Counted from the first letter of the stretch, positions 46,213-55,393 are shown. The stretch: 64,000 nucleotides of DNA from Terriglobales bacterium (GCA_035573035.1 DATNAC010000087.1:2157-66156); one strand, 5' to 3'. Translations and numbers: made by a program. Notes: a model not told the origin generated them from the sequence alone.

Positions 46213-49200
46213 ATGCGCCGTTATGGAATCGTCGTAGGTCTCAGCGCGGTGGCCGCACTCGCCGCCTGGGCCCAAACCCGTCCCACGCAGGGAGTCCGCG
46301 GGCAGGGGCGCGCCGCCGCGGCCGCCCCGCGCTCGGCGCTGAGCCGGGCCTTCTCCCCCGGCTGGATGCTGACCGACACCAACGGCGACGGCCTGGCGGA
46401 CGCCATTGACGGCCATATCGTGGTTCCGGCTACGCCCAGCGCCGCCGAAAACGCGGCCGCGGCCAACCTGGCGGCGCGCCTGGCCTACGGTTCGAGCGGG
46501 TTGACGCCGCCGCTGGTGGTGGCGGCCGCGGCGGCGCCGGCTTCGGGCCCGCATATCTATGTGGGCGCGGGGGCGGTGCCGGCCCCGCAGGCGGCGGCGC
46601 TGCGTTCCTGGACCTTCCGCTTGGCCAAGGGCGAGGGACGGGTGGCGGTCCTTGATCCGGGACATGGCGGCGACTTGGTGCTGGTCGGCGGCGATGACGC
46701 CGGCTTGACCGCGGCGGCGGAAGCCTTCTCGGCGCGCGCGCCGTTTCAGTGGAAGGTGGCCAACGGCGCCGACTCGCTGGATGCGATCAGCAGCGTGGTG
46801 AAGGACGCCGCCCCGAACTCCGGCGTCGAGCTGGTCGGTGTGGCCTATCAGGCGGGCACGCCCGGTATCAGCAAGGCCTACCTGACCGCCACCGGTGCGA
46901 TCACGGCGGCCGATCTGCAAAAAGCGTTGGCCTCCTCGCAGTTGGCCGCGGTGCATGAGCTCTTCGTGCTGGGAGGAGCGGCGGTGAGCGCCACCAATCC
47001 CAAGGCGTTTCATCCCCAGACCTTCGCCGCACCGGAGACGCCGGCCGGCGGCGACAACGGCGCTGACGATACCGCGGCGGCGGGAGCGCCCGCCCCGGCC
47101 GCGGCGGGCGGACGTGGCGCGGCGGGCGGCCGCGGCGGCGCCGGAGGGGGTGCCGCCGCCGGGGGTACCGTCAGCGGCCTCGATCTCGGGCTCCTCTATT
47201 CCAACCACGGCTTGTTCGGTTCCAGCGGACGGATTCCGGTACCGGCCACGCTGACTTCGCATCTCTACGTGCCTGCCGGCGCGGCCGGCGTGGCCATGGC
47301 CAACCTGGCGGCGCGCATGGGCATGGAGACCACCGGGATGACCTTCCCGGTCGCGAGCCCGGCCGCCAGTGCCGATCTGCACCAAATCACCGAACAGCCG
47401 GTGGTCGCCGGTGACGGCGCCCTCGCCCAGGCGGTTCAGAAAAAACTCGAGGCGAACGATACCTCCGCGGCCGCCGCCGCTCCGCCGCTAAAACCCGGCG
47501 AAGGTCAGCTTCGCATTGTGGACCGGAGCTTCGGCAGCCATGCCGCGCTGCTGGTCCGCGGCGACGATGCCGGCGCGGCCGCGGCCTTGAACCTGGCCGC
47601 CGATCATTTGCCTAGCCTCTGGGAGCCAGGCAAGCAGTACGCCGGCATTGAGGACGTCCGCTACGACCTGCACCAATTCTTCTCGTTGCACTCCGGCGTG
47701 GGCCAAGCCGCCGCGGGCATGTTCTTCCTCCAGCGCTGGCTCAAGGACCTCGGTCCCAATCCCACCAACGTCAAGGCCGAACTGTACACCGATCTCGCCG
47801 ATCCCCAGCTCTCCAGCTTCGTGGCCAAGCAGATTCAGGATCAGGTCCACGTCCAGGCCGAGGTGGATACCGCCAGCCTGCGCGCCGGCACCCAGTGCTG
47901 CGACGATAACCCCGACTTGCATTACACCAACCCCGAGTTCCCCTTCCACCAAGGCAAGCCGATTTTCACCGAAGACATCCACATTCCCTGGGAGGGTACC
48001 AAGCTGCTCGACGACGTGCGCGGCGCCGCGGCACATCTCGAAGCCGGCCAGCCGGTGAATATCGAGGCGCGGGTGAGCGAGGGTCCGGCGGAGCGCAAAA
48101 AGCTCACCGCGCAAATCGATTCGATTCTCGATCAGGCGGGCGTGCCCGCCGCCCAGCGCCAGGTGGTGGTGCTCGACGCCTACAAGCAAGGATTCAGTTG
48201 GCTGGTGGACGAGATCGAGCCCGAGCTGCAAGGCAAGGGCGTCGCCAGCCTCAGCCTCGATTTCGCCAAGGATGTGGACGAGACCGGTGTGCGCGACATG
48301 TACTCCCCGGCGCGCTGGGCGCAGGAACTCTACCCGGTGGACGAGGTCCTGGCGAAGGATCTGAACATCCCCCTGGCCAAAATCAGCCTGCACGAGATCA
48401 ACACCGCGCCTCCGGTGGCGACGCCCACCGCGATCGCCATGGCGGATCCGCCCAACGACCCGCCCAGTCCGACGTACCGGGTGCATGCCTACGATGCCGC
48501 GGGCAAGGAGATCCTCGGCCGCGACTTCACCGTTACCACGGTGATGCAGCCCTACAGCGGCGTCATCAAGGCCTACGAGAATGTCCAGGTGGACACCGGC
48601 TGGGTGAAGCTCGAGCAGGGAGGCAAGGCGGTCCTCGATGAGCGTATCCCCACCGACATCGAGACCTTCTGGGATCACTATCAGAACGTCACCCTGCCCC
48701 GCGTCTTCCGCTTCGTGATGGCGCAGTCGAAGGGCTACCTGCACACCGAGTACGCCCCGCCCTTCGACACGCTCAAGATGGACTTTCATCTGAGCGAGCC
48801 CGACTACAACCTTGGCATTGATAAGGAACGCATCTCCTCCATCGAGGCGCTGCAAGAAGACGTCTTCTACTCGACGGAAACCTTTATTGACGCGCTGGCC
48901 GACCTCGAGAGCGGCCGTGCGGAGAACTACGTCGGCCGCGTCATTCCGGTGATGCACCCCGCCGAGGACGGCAAGGACGGCCTGGTGCACGTCGAGTTCT
49001 ACGGCAAGGCGGCCGCCAACCCGGTGGTGCGCCTGAGCTGGACCGATGCTCACGGCCAGGTGCGGGAGCGCGAGCGCAACCTGCCGGTGCTCACCGGCGG
49101 CTTCCAGCCGCGCCTGATCGGCGCCCGGGTGCAGGCGGGGGCGAACGGTCTCCAGCCCGAGATCGAGAACCTGACCTGGCTGCTCCCGGCCGACTTCAAA

Positions 49201-50673
49201 AAGTACGACATGCAGGACTGGGAGAAGGTGCAGGGCCGCGAGCAGTTGGAGCGCTCGATGTTCACCGTCGAAGAGGCCGAAGGGCAATTGCACTGGCTCG
49301 ACGCCATGCATGCCGCCGGGCTCTATCCCGATGAACTGGCCTATACACATCTGCGGCACATGGCGATCGAGCTGCAGCTACCGCGCCCGCTGGGGGTGGA
49401 GTTCAGCAAGCCCGAGGAGCGGGTGCTGTTGGGTTGGAACGTCGCTCCGCCGCTGCATCCGCGGCCGATGATTACCGACATCACGCCCATGCCGATCAAC
49501 CCGGCTACGCACTCCTTCGTGCAGTGGTCGGAGCCGATCGGCCCGGCCGAGAGCGCCTCCATCCAGGCGCGCCTGTCCACCTACCCTGGCGTCACCACAT
49601 ATTGGATGGGGCGCAGCTACTTGGGCCAGAACATCTGGGTCAGCGATATCATGCTGCCCTCGCCCTCGACCCTGCGTTCCTCCGCCAAAGAGACCACGCT
49701 CAAGGCCTCCATCGTGTACTCCGCGCGCCAGCACGCCAACGAGGTCTCCAGCACCAGCCACGTCGAAAAGCTGGCCGAGATGCTGGTCACCGATCCCGCC
49801 GAGCGCGCTTACCTGAAGCAAGTCAACGTGGTCCTGCACCCGATTGACAACCCTGACGGCGCCCAGCTCTCGGTGATGGAGGCCAAAATCGAGCCGGACA
49901 ACCTGCTGCACTTGGGTTATCACGGCGCCCTCGCCGCCGACGTGTCGAGCGGTCAGGCCGACATCGATCCGGTCTATCCCGAGTCCCGCACCCGGCGGCA
50001 ATTGCTGCAGGAGTGGAACCCGGACGCCTTCCTCAACCCCCACGGTTATCCCTCGCACGAGTGGGTGCAGCCCTTCAGCGAGTACACCGCCTGGGTGCAG
50101 AGCCGCGACGGCGCCAACAACGGCCGCACTTGGTGGATTCCGCGCGGCTGGTTCACCAGCTTGAGTTTTGCCCGCGACACCACCACCAACACATATTCCG
50201 AGGCCGTAACCTTCGCGCTGCGCGACCGCATCGTGGACGCCGAACGCAAGGTGCCCGGACTGCTGCCGCTGGAGACGCGCATGAACGACCGCTACCAGCG
50301 CTGGGGACAGGCCTTCCAGCCCGACAACATGCAGCAGCCGGTGGTAAACGGCATCCGCATTTACATGTCGCTCAAAGGGACCTCCGCCACCGGCGGCGGC
50401 CAGGCCGGCCCGGGTGCGAGCTCCGCCATCACCTGGGACCAGGGCTACACCGAGGCGCCGGACGAGACCGCGCATGGCGACTACATGAAGCTGGTGGCGT
50501 CGGCGGGCTTGGCCTACGACCAGGTGCACTTGAAATACCTGGCTTTGGGTAAGCTCCGCATCACCCGCGGCGAAAAGGAAAGCGCCCAGGGTGTGACCTG
50601 GTCGGTCACGCGCGCGCGCCCCATTCTGCCGAGCTCGGAGCCGCCCGTGCCGCTGCCGCCCGATGGCAAATAG
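46213..50673 (+). CDS. Secreted 1486-aa protein with a C-terminal M14 (zinc carboxypeptidase)-like domain
   Basis: Signal peptide MRRYGIVVGLSAVAALAAWAQ. M14-like motifs QHANEVSSTSH (H-x-x-E, codons from 49732), HPIDNPDG and LNPHGYPSHEW. About 1100 N-terminal residues have no family I can recognise. Confidence 0.78.
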   Translation: MRRYGIVVGLSAVAALAAWAQTRPTQGVRGQGRAAAAAPRSALSRAFSPGWMLTDTNGDGLADAIDGHIVVPATPSAAENAAAANLAARLAYGSSGLTPPLVVAAAAAPASGPHIYVGAGAVPAPQAAALRSWTFRLAKGEGRVAVLDPGHGGDLVLVGGDDAGLTAAAEAFSARAPFQWKVANGADSLDAISSVVKDAAPNSGVELVGVAYQAGTPGISKAYLTATGAITAADLQKALASSQLAAVHELFVLGGAAVSATNPKAFHPQTFAAPETPAGGDNGADDTAAAGAPAPAAAGGRGAAGGRGGAGGGAAAGGTVSGLDLGLLYSNHGLFGSSGRIPVPATLTSHLYVPAGAAGVAMANLAARMGMETTGMTFPVASPAASADLHQITEQPVVAGDGALAQAVQKKLEANDTSAAAAAPPLKPGEGQLRIVDRSFGSHAALLVRGDDAGAAAALNLAADHLPSLWEPGKQYAGIEDVRYDLHQFFSLHSGVGQAAAGMFFLQRWLKDLGPNPTNVKAELYTDLADPQLSSFVAKQIQDQVHVQAEVDTASLRAGTQCCDDNPDLHYTNPEFPFHQGKPIFTEDIHIPWEGTKLLDDVRGAAAHLEAGQPVNIEARVSEGPAERKKLTAQIDSILDQAGVPAAQRQVVVLDAYKQGFSWLVDEIEPELQGKGVASLSLDFAKDVDETGVRDMYSPARWAQELYPVDEVLAKDLNIPLAKISLHEINTAPPVATPTAIAMADPPNDPPSPTYRVHAYDAAGKEILGRDFTVTTVMQPYSGVIKAYENVQVDTGWVKLEQGGKAVLDERIPTDIETFWDHYQNVTLPRVFRFVMAQSKGYLHTEYAPPFDTLKMDFHLSEPDYNLGIDKERISSIEALQEDVFYSTETFIDALADLESGRAENYVGRVIPVMHPAEDGKDGLVHVEFYGKAAANPVVRLSWTDAHGQVRERERNLPVLTGGFQPRLIGARVQAGANGLQPEIENLTWLLPADFKKYDMQDWEKVQGREQLERSMFTVEEAEGQLHWLDAMHAAGLYPDELAYTHLRHMAIELQLPRPLGVEFSKPEERVLLGWNVAPPLHPRPMITDITPMPINPATHSFVQWSEPIGPAESASIQARLSTYPGVTTYWMGRSYLGQNIWVSDIMLPSPSTLRSSAKETTLKASIVYSARQHANEVSSTSHVEKLAEMLVTDPAERAYLKQVNVVLHPIDNPDGAQLSVMEAKIEPDNLLHLGYHGALAADVSSGQADIDPVYPESRTRRQLLQEWNPDAFLNPHGYPSHEWVQPFSEYTAWVQSRDGANNGRTWWIPRGWFTSLSFARDTTTNTYSEAVTFALRDRIVDAERKVPGLLPLETRMNDRYQRWGQAFQPDNMQQPVVNGIRIYMSLKGTSATGGGQAGPGASSAITWDQGYTEAPDETAHGDYMKLVASAGLAYDQVHLKYLALGKLRITRGEKESAQGVTWSVTRARPILPSSEPPVPLPPDGK

Positions 50674-51939
50674 ATGCCCAATAGCGTCCCAGCCGTGGTG
50701 AGCAGTTCTCCCGCCGCGCCACCGTTCCGCTGGAAGAGCACGAGCCGTGCGCAGCGCCGCACCCTGGTGGCCGCCGGCCTGGGGTGGATGCTGGACGCCT
50801 TCGACGTCATGCTCTACTCGTTGGTGCTGACCCACCTCATGGCGGCCTTCGCCATGAGCAAGTCCACCGCGGGATTGCTCAACAGCCTGACCCTGATCGC
50901 CAGCGCCATCGGCAGCTTGATCTTCGGCCTTCTGGCCGACCGCTTCGGACGCCGGCGCATGCTCAGCGCCAGCATCCTGACGTACTCGTTGTTTACTTTT
51001 GCCTGCGGCTTCTCGACCAGCATCACCATCCTGGCCACGCTGCGGTTTTTTCTTGGCTTGGGCATGGGCGGGGAATGGAACGCGGGCGCGACCCTGGTTG
51101 CCGAGACCTGGCCCTCGGCCTGGCGCGGACGTGCGCTGGGCATCGTGCAAAGCAGTTGGGCCGTCGGCTATGCCCTGGCGGCGCTGGTGGCCGGCCTGGT
51201 GCTGGCCCACGCCAGTTGGCGCTGGGTGTTTTTCGTGGGTGTGCTGCCGGCGCTCGCGACGCTGTGGATTCAGCACGATGTTCCCGAGCCGGAGCTGTGG
51301 CAGCGGCAGCGGGACGTCACGCCGGCCGCCGGGGCGACTCGCCGGTTGTGGCGGCAGGCCACACCGCGCCTGCTCGCCCTGCTTGCCATGAACACCTTCG
51401 GGATGTTCGCCTGGTGGGGCATGTTCACCTGGCTGCCGGCCTATTTGATGCTGCCGGTGTCGCAGGGCGGGCGCGGGTTTGCCATGTTCGGCAGCTCCGC
51501 CTTCCTGATTATCTTGAACCTGTGCGGCATGCTGCCGGGCTATCTGCTCTTCGGCGTGTTCGCCGATCGCTACGGGCGCAAACGCACCGTGGTCGTCTAC
51601 CTGGCGGCCGCGGCGCTGCTGGTCCCCTGGTTTGCGAGCGCGCGCCAGCCCGGCATGATTCTGCTGGCGGCCTCGCTGGTGGCGTTTTTTGGGACAGGGT
51701 TCTTTACCGGTTCCGGCATCTTGGGCAGCGAGTTGTTTCCCACGCCGATTCGGGCCACGGCGCTCGGACTGTCCTATAACGTGGCGCGCGGGCTGAGCGC
51801 CTTTGCGCCGTTCGTCATCGGCGGCGTGGGCGAGACCAAAGGCCTGGCCTGGGCCTTTGGCTTGTGCGGCATTGCTTTTGCCCTGGCGGCGGCGAGCGCG
51901 TTGGGGGTTCCGGAAACACGAGGATTGGAGTTGATATGA
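50674..51939 (+). CDS. MFS transporter (organic acid/anion symporter-like)
   Basis: GLLADRFGRRRML and RFFLGLGMGGEWNAG motifs, 12 TM. The ATG immediately follows the upstream stop. Confidence 0.9.
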   Translation: MPNSVPAVVSSSPAAPPFRWKSTSRAQRRTLVAAGLGWMLDAFDVMLYSLVLTHLMAAFAMSKSTAGLLNSLTLIASAIGSLIFGLLADRFGRRRMLSASILTYSLFTFACGFSTSITILATLRFFLGLGMGGEWNAGATLVAETWPSAWRGRALGIVQSSWAVGYALAALVAGLVLAHASWRWVFFVGVLPALATLWIQHDVPEPELWQRQRDVTPAAGATRRLWRQATPRLLALLAMNTFGMFAWWGMFTWLPAYLMLPVSQGGRGFAMFGSSAFLIILNLCGMLPGYLLFGVFADRYGRKRTVVVYLAAAALLVPWFASARQPGMILLAASLVAFFGTGFFTGSGILGSELFPTPIRATALGLSYNVARGLSAFAPFVIGGVGETKGLAWAFGLCGIAFALAAASALGVPETRGLELI

Positions 51940-53384
51940 AACTCACGGGGAAAACGTCGTTGCTGGGGGCCGGTCTAGGGCTGGCCGCCGTGCTGTGCGT
52001 CGGTTGCGGACAGGGAGCGAGCAGCGCTCCGGCGGCGGCCGCGCCGCCCCCGGCGCCCATGCCCGCGGCCCAGGTACACGACGTGGCCGCCTTTCTGCAG
52101 ACGCTTCCCGTCGCTCAGACGCCGCCGATGAATGAGTTGGAGGCCATGACACTGGCCTCGTATCCGCTGTCTTGTCTCGATCATCTGCAAGCTCAGTCCG
52201 GCGGGGGCGGGGGTGGCGCGGCCGCCGCGGATGCCGGCGCGGCCGGTGGAGGGCGGAGCGGGCGCGGTGGGCGCGCCAACGCTTCGGCGGACGGTGCCAC
52301 GCCTGGCGGCGGCGGCGCCGGAGCCAGCGCCAGTGGCGCAAACGCTGGCGCGGCGGCTCCGGCGGTTCCGGCCGCCCCTGCCGGGCGCGGCGCCTACCTC
52401 TGGCAGTCGGCCGGCCCCACCCGTCTGATGGCCGGCTACGACCGGCAGCGCTCCTTCTACGGCTGCTACGACTGGCACTCGGCGGTGAACTCCACCTGGA
52501 CGCTGGTCACCGTGCTCAAAAAGTACCCCAACATACCGATCGCGCAGCTCATCCGCGAGAAACTCAACGACCACCTCGGCAAACGCAATTTGGCGGGAGA
52601 ACTCACCTTCTTCGAGGGCTCCAAGAGCTTTGAGCGTCCTTACGGCCAGGCCTGGCTGCTGAAGCTGTACGGCGACCTGCTCACGTGGAACGACCCCGAT
52701 GCCAAGAAATGGGCCGCCAACATGCAGCCGCTCGCGGACTTCTTCTCCAAGAACCTCGCTGGCTACCTGACCAAGCTGCCCACGCCAGTGCGGCAAGGCG
52801 TCCATCCCAACACCGCTTTCGATATGGACCTGATGTTGCCGTACACCGAGGAAGCGCACGACACCGCGCTCCACGACGCCATCCTGGCGACCTCGCACCG
52901 CTTCTACGACGGCGACCAGGATTGCCCCACCGGTTATGAGCCCGAGGGCGTGTCCTTCCTTTCGCCCTGTTTGGTCGAGGGAGCGCTCATGTCGCACGTG
53001 ATGGACGGGAACCACTTCCTGGCCTGGTTTAACGACTTCATGCCGGCTGTGTACTCGCGCTCTTTCCGTCCCCTGGTCTCGCCCTTCGACGCCAGCAAAA
53101 TCACCCCCGACCAGATGGCGGGCCAGTCCCACCTGATCGGACTCGCCTTCTCGCGCGCGGCGGCCATGCTTACCATCGCCCAAGCGCTCCCCGCCAACGA
53201 CCCCCGCGTCCCGGTCCTGCGCCGCCTCGCGGCCATCCATGCGGTGCAGGGTTACAAGACCCTCGACAAGGCCGGCTATTTGGAGACCCACTGGATCGCC
53301 ACCTACGCCCTGATGTACGAGTTACACTCCGGATCGGGCATGACCTCCAACCTCAAGGTGGCCTCCCTCGCCGGCCAGCAGTAG
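51936..53384 (+). CDS. DUF2891-like lipoprotein with a Gly/Ala-rich insertion
   Basis: The ATG at 51936 overlaps the MFS stop. Lipobox LAAVLCVGCG. The core (FYGCYDWHSAVNSTWTLV...) resembles DUF2891 as I recall it. About 70 aa of low-complexity insert at 52188-52395. Confidence 0.7.
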   Translation: MKLTGKTSLLGAGLGLAAVLCVGCGQGASSAPAAAAPPPAPMPAAQVHDVAAFLQTLPVAQTPPMNELEAMTLASYPLSCLDHLQAQSGGGGGGAAAADAGAAGGGRSGRGGRANASADGATPGGGGAGASASGANAGAAAPAVPAAPAGRGAYLWQSAGPTRLMAGYDRQRSFYGCYDWHSAVNSTWTLVTVLKKYPNIPIAQLIREKLNDHLGKRNLAGELTFFEGSKSFERPYGQAWLLKLYGDLLTWNDPDAKKWAANMQPLADFFSKNLAGYLTKLPTPVRQGVHPNTAFDMDLMLPYTEEAHDTALHDAILATSHRFYDGDQDCPTGYEPEGVSFLSPCLVEGALMSHVMDGNHFLAWFNDFMPAVYSRSFRPLVSPFDASKITPDQMAGQSHLIGLAFSRAAAMLTIAQALPANDPRVPVLRRLAAIHAVQGYKTLDKAGYLETHWIATYALMYELHSGSGMTSNLKVASLAGQQ

Positions 53385-53413
53385 CGGCGGAACGCGGGCG
53401 CATGGCGGGCGCA

Positions 53414-53450
53414 GCACCGGCATGGGGCTCCGGGGTTCGCATGCCGGTGC
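53414..53450 (+). terminator. Stem-loop after the receptor operon (possible terminator)
   Basis: 11-bp perfect stem GCACCGGCATG / CATGCCGGTGC with a 15-nt loop, 30 nt after the stop. No U tract. Confidence 0.35.
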
Positions 53451-53634
53451 GAGCAAAAGCCGAAGGCGCCCGGAATCGCCGGGCGCGGCGCAGCCGCGCT
53501 GGGGCCCGCCAATCAAAGAGCCAGGTTGCGCGCTCTCGCCCAAGCCTGTGTGATTTGACGCGCCACCTCGCAGGAACGCGCCGTTTGCCGGGTGAACAAA
53601 GTTGGCGCCAAGGTCCGGGGGCTGCGTCTTGCCA

Positions 53635-53650
53635 TGGCATTCAAACTGCG
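53635..53650 (+). promoter_or_regulatory. Candidate sigma-54 (-24/-12) promoter
   Basis: TGGCAT-TCAAA-CTGCG with GG-N10-GC spacing, 39 nt before the ATG at 53690. Confidence 0.45.
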
Positions 53651-53689
53651 ATGAGGTGAATAGACTGCAAGTATGAATTGAGGTTCCTC

Positions 53690-53902
53690 ATGCTCCAGCC
53701 CGAGATGTCGGTTGGGCCCACTCCCGCCCGGCTGGTTTGGAAACGCTGCTTCGGCTGCGAAGGCTATTTCCAGGGACCGCTCGACGGCGGCTACCGCTGC
53801 CCGGGTTGCGTCCATAGGGTTGATGAACTGCGCCCGCGTCGCTACGGGCTTCTCACCAAGCCGGCCCACAAGCAACGGAACGCCAGAGCGCATGCGGCCT
53901 GA
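53690..53902 (+). CDS. Small zinc-ribbon protein (70 aa), hypothetical
   Basis: CFGC-N17-CPGC (RCFGCEGYFQGPLDGGYRCPGC). GAGG RBS 6 nt upstream, GC3 about 78 percent, basic C-terminus. Confidence 0.45.
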   Translation: MLQPEMSVGPTPARLVWKRCFGCEGYFQGPLDGGYRCPGCVHRVDELRPRRYGLLTKPAHKQRNARAHAA

Positions 53903-54140
53903 TCGGTACCCAGGCCTCGCGGGATACGCTTGGCCAAACCCGGCAACCCAATCTCATGCCGATCAACGCCTGGGCTAGAACCCTCAGCCCTGCGTCATTT
54001 CACACACGCTGCTGGCGCGAAACTCGCAGTGCGAGTGTTGCGCCCCCGGCAAGCAATGCAGGCGCGGTCCCCGCGCCCATCAAACGCCCCGGGTCGCTGG
54101 GCGGCCTTGGAAGTTGCGCTGGGGCCGCGGCTATCAATAT

Positions 54141-54156
54141 TGGCCGTCCAACTGCT
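54141..54156 (+). promoter_or_regulatory. Candidate sigma-54 (-24/-12) promoter
   Basis: TGGCCG-TCCAA-CTGCT with GG-N10-GC spacing, 24 nt before the ATG at 54181. GGAGG RBS in between. Confidence 0.5.
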
Positions 54157-54180
54157 TTCTCACCCTTGTCGGAGGTTTTT

Positions 54181-55116
54181 ATGTCGCAGCCCCAGGCCCT
54201 CTCCATCCCGGCTGACCCTCATTCGCACACCGCGCGCTACCGCTTGCAACGCGTGCTCGTTGCCACCGATTTTTCCGCGCCCGCCGAACGGGCCCTCCAA
54301 ATCGCGATTCGCTGGGCGCGCCAATACGATGCGGAGTTGATGCTGGTGTCGGTGGTCACTCCCGTCATGTCCGCCCCTCTGCCCGACGTCACCGAATCGG
54401 CCTGGGCCGCGGTTCAGGTTGAGGCCGAGTTGCTCAACTCCACCCAGAGCCGCCTTGCCGGGCTCGCCCATGACCGTCCCGAAATGCAAGGCCTGCGGCA
54501 CCGCGAGTATGCGTGCCAGGGTATGGTCGCTGGAACCATCGTGGCCGCCGCCGCCGAGCTCAAGGCTGATCTGGTCGTCGTCGGTACGAGCGCTGCCGGA
54601 CCGGTCCGCAATCTGCTGCTCGGCTCGACCGCGCAGGCCGTCATCCGCCATTGCGGCTGTCCGGTTCTGTTGGTCGGGCCCGAGGCCGAGAGCGGGCCAT
54701 CCCGCGGCAGCGTTCTCCTGGCCACCGACTTGGGCGCCGAGTCGCTGCGTCCGGCAGAATTCGCCGCCGCCATCGCCGCGGACACCAAGGCTCGCTTGAA
54801 CTTGCTGCACGTGGTGCACGATCCGGTCCCCGGCCTCGAACCCGAGATGCGCGCGGAGATCGAACGCGCGATCGAGGGCCAGTTACGCCGCCTTAGCCCC
54901 GCTGGAACCGACACGCAAACCCGTGTGGCATATGGCCACGCCGCATCCGCGATTGTGGCGGCCGCGGGCGAGTCTCGGGCCGGTTTGATCGTGATGGGAG
55001 TCAAACACGAAACTTGGTTCGGTGATCACGCGGGCCGAAGCACGCTCGCGCAGGTCGCCCAATTGGCACCGTGCCCCATATTGGCGGTACGCCATCATTC
55101 CGCTGAGACTGCGTAA
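54181..55116 (+). CDS. Universal stress protein, tandem Usp domains
   Basis: Start at the ATG at 54181. Two repeats of the pattern VLVATDFS...LVVVGTSAAGPVRNLLLGSTAQAVIRHCGCPVLLV and VLLATDLG...LIVMGVKH...STLAQVAQLAPCPILAV. Confidence 0.9.
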   Translation: MSQPQALSIPADPHSHTARYRLQRVLVATDFSAPAERALQIAIRWARQYDAELMLVSVVTPVMSAPLPDVTESAWAAVQVEAELLNSTQSRLAGLAHDRPEMQGLRHREYACQGMVAGTIVAAAAELKADLVVVGTSAAGPVRNLLLGSTAQAVIRHCGCPVLLVGPEAESGPSRGSVLLATDLGAESLRPAEFAAAIAADTKARLNLLHVVHDPVPGLEPEMRAEIERAIEGQLRRLSPAGTDTQTRVAYGHAASAIVAAAGESRAGLIVMGVKHETWFGDHAGRSTLAQVAQLAPCPILAVRHHSAETA

Positions 55117-55350
55117 TATGGTTTCGACTTCGAAGGGGCGAAACTCGCGTGTTGAGTTGCGCGCCCCGGCAAAAGCAATGCGTCAGTGTAAGGCGCACAA
55201 GAAGAGTGCCGGGCGCGTGGCCTTCCGCGCTGATCGGCGCGAAAGGCTGCGGAATATCAACGCCATCCGCGCTGGGGGCCGCGCCCATGCCTCGCGGATG
55301 CCCCGAGCGGTGCGGGCATCCGCTGCCGGTAATCGAAGCCCGGCCTCCGA

Positions 55351-55393
55351 GCGGCCAACGGGAGCGACCCAGCGCAAAAAGTGGCCGTGCCAC
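55351..55393 (+). repeat. Dispersed intergenic repeat, copy B (43 nt)
   Basis: GCGGCCAACGGGAGCGACCCAGCGCAAAAAGTGGCCGTGCCAC. See copy A at 11716-11756. Confidence 0.85.

Noticed and set aside
43118-51276. Long minus-strand ORFs 43118-44275, 46162-47385, 47488-49359 and 49378-51276
   Set aside because: All are antisense to the receptor, the M14-like protein and the MFS transporter, which carry family motifs and tight operon spacing. Their composition (Arg/Gly/His/Val-rich) is typical shadow.
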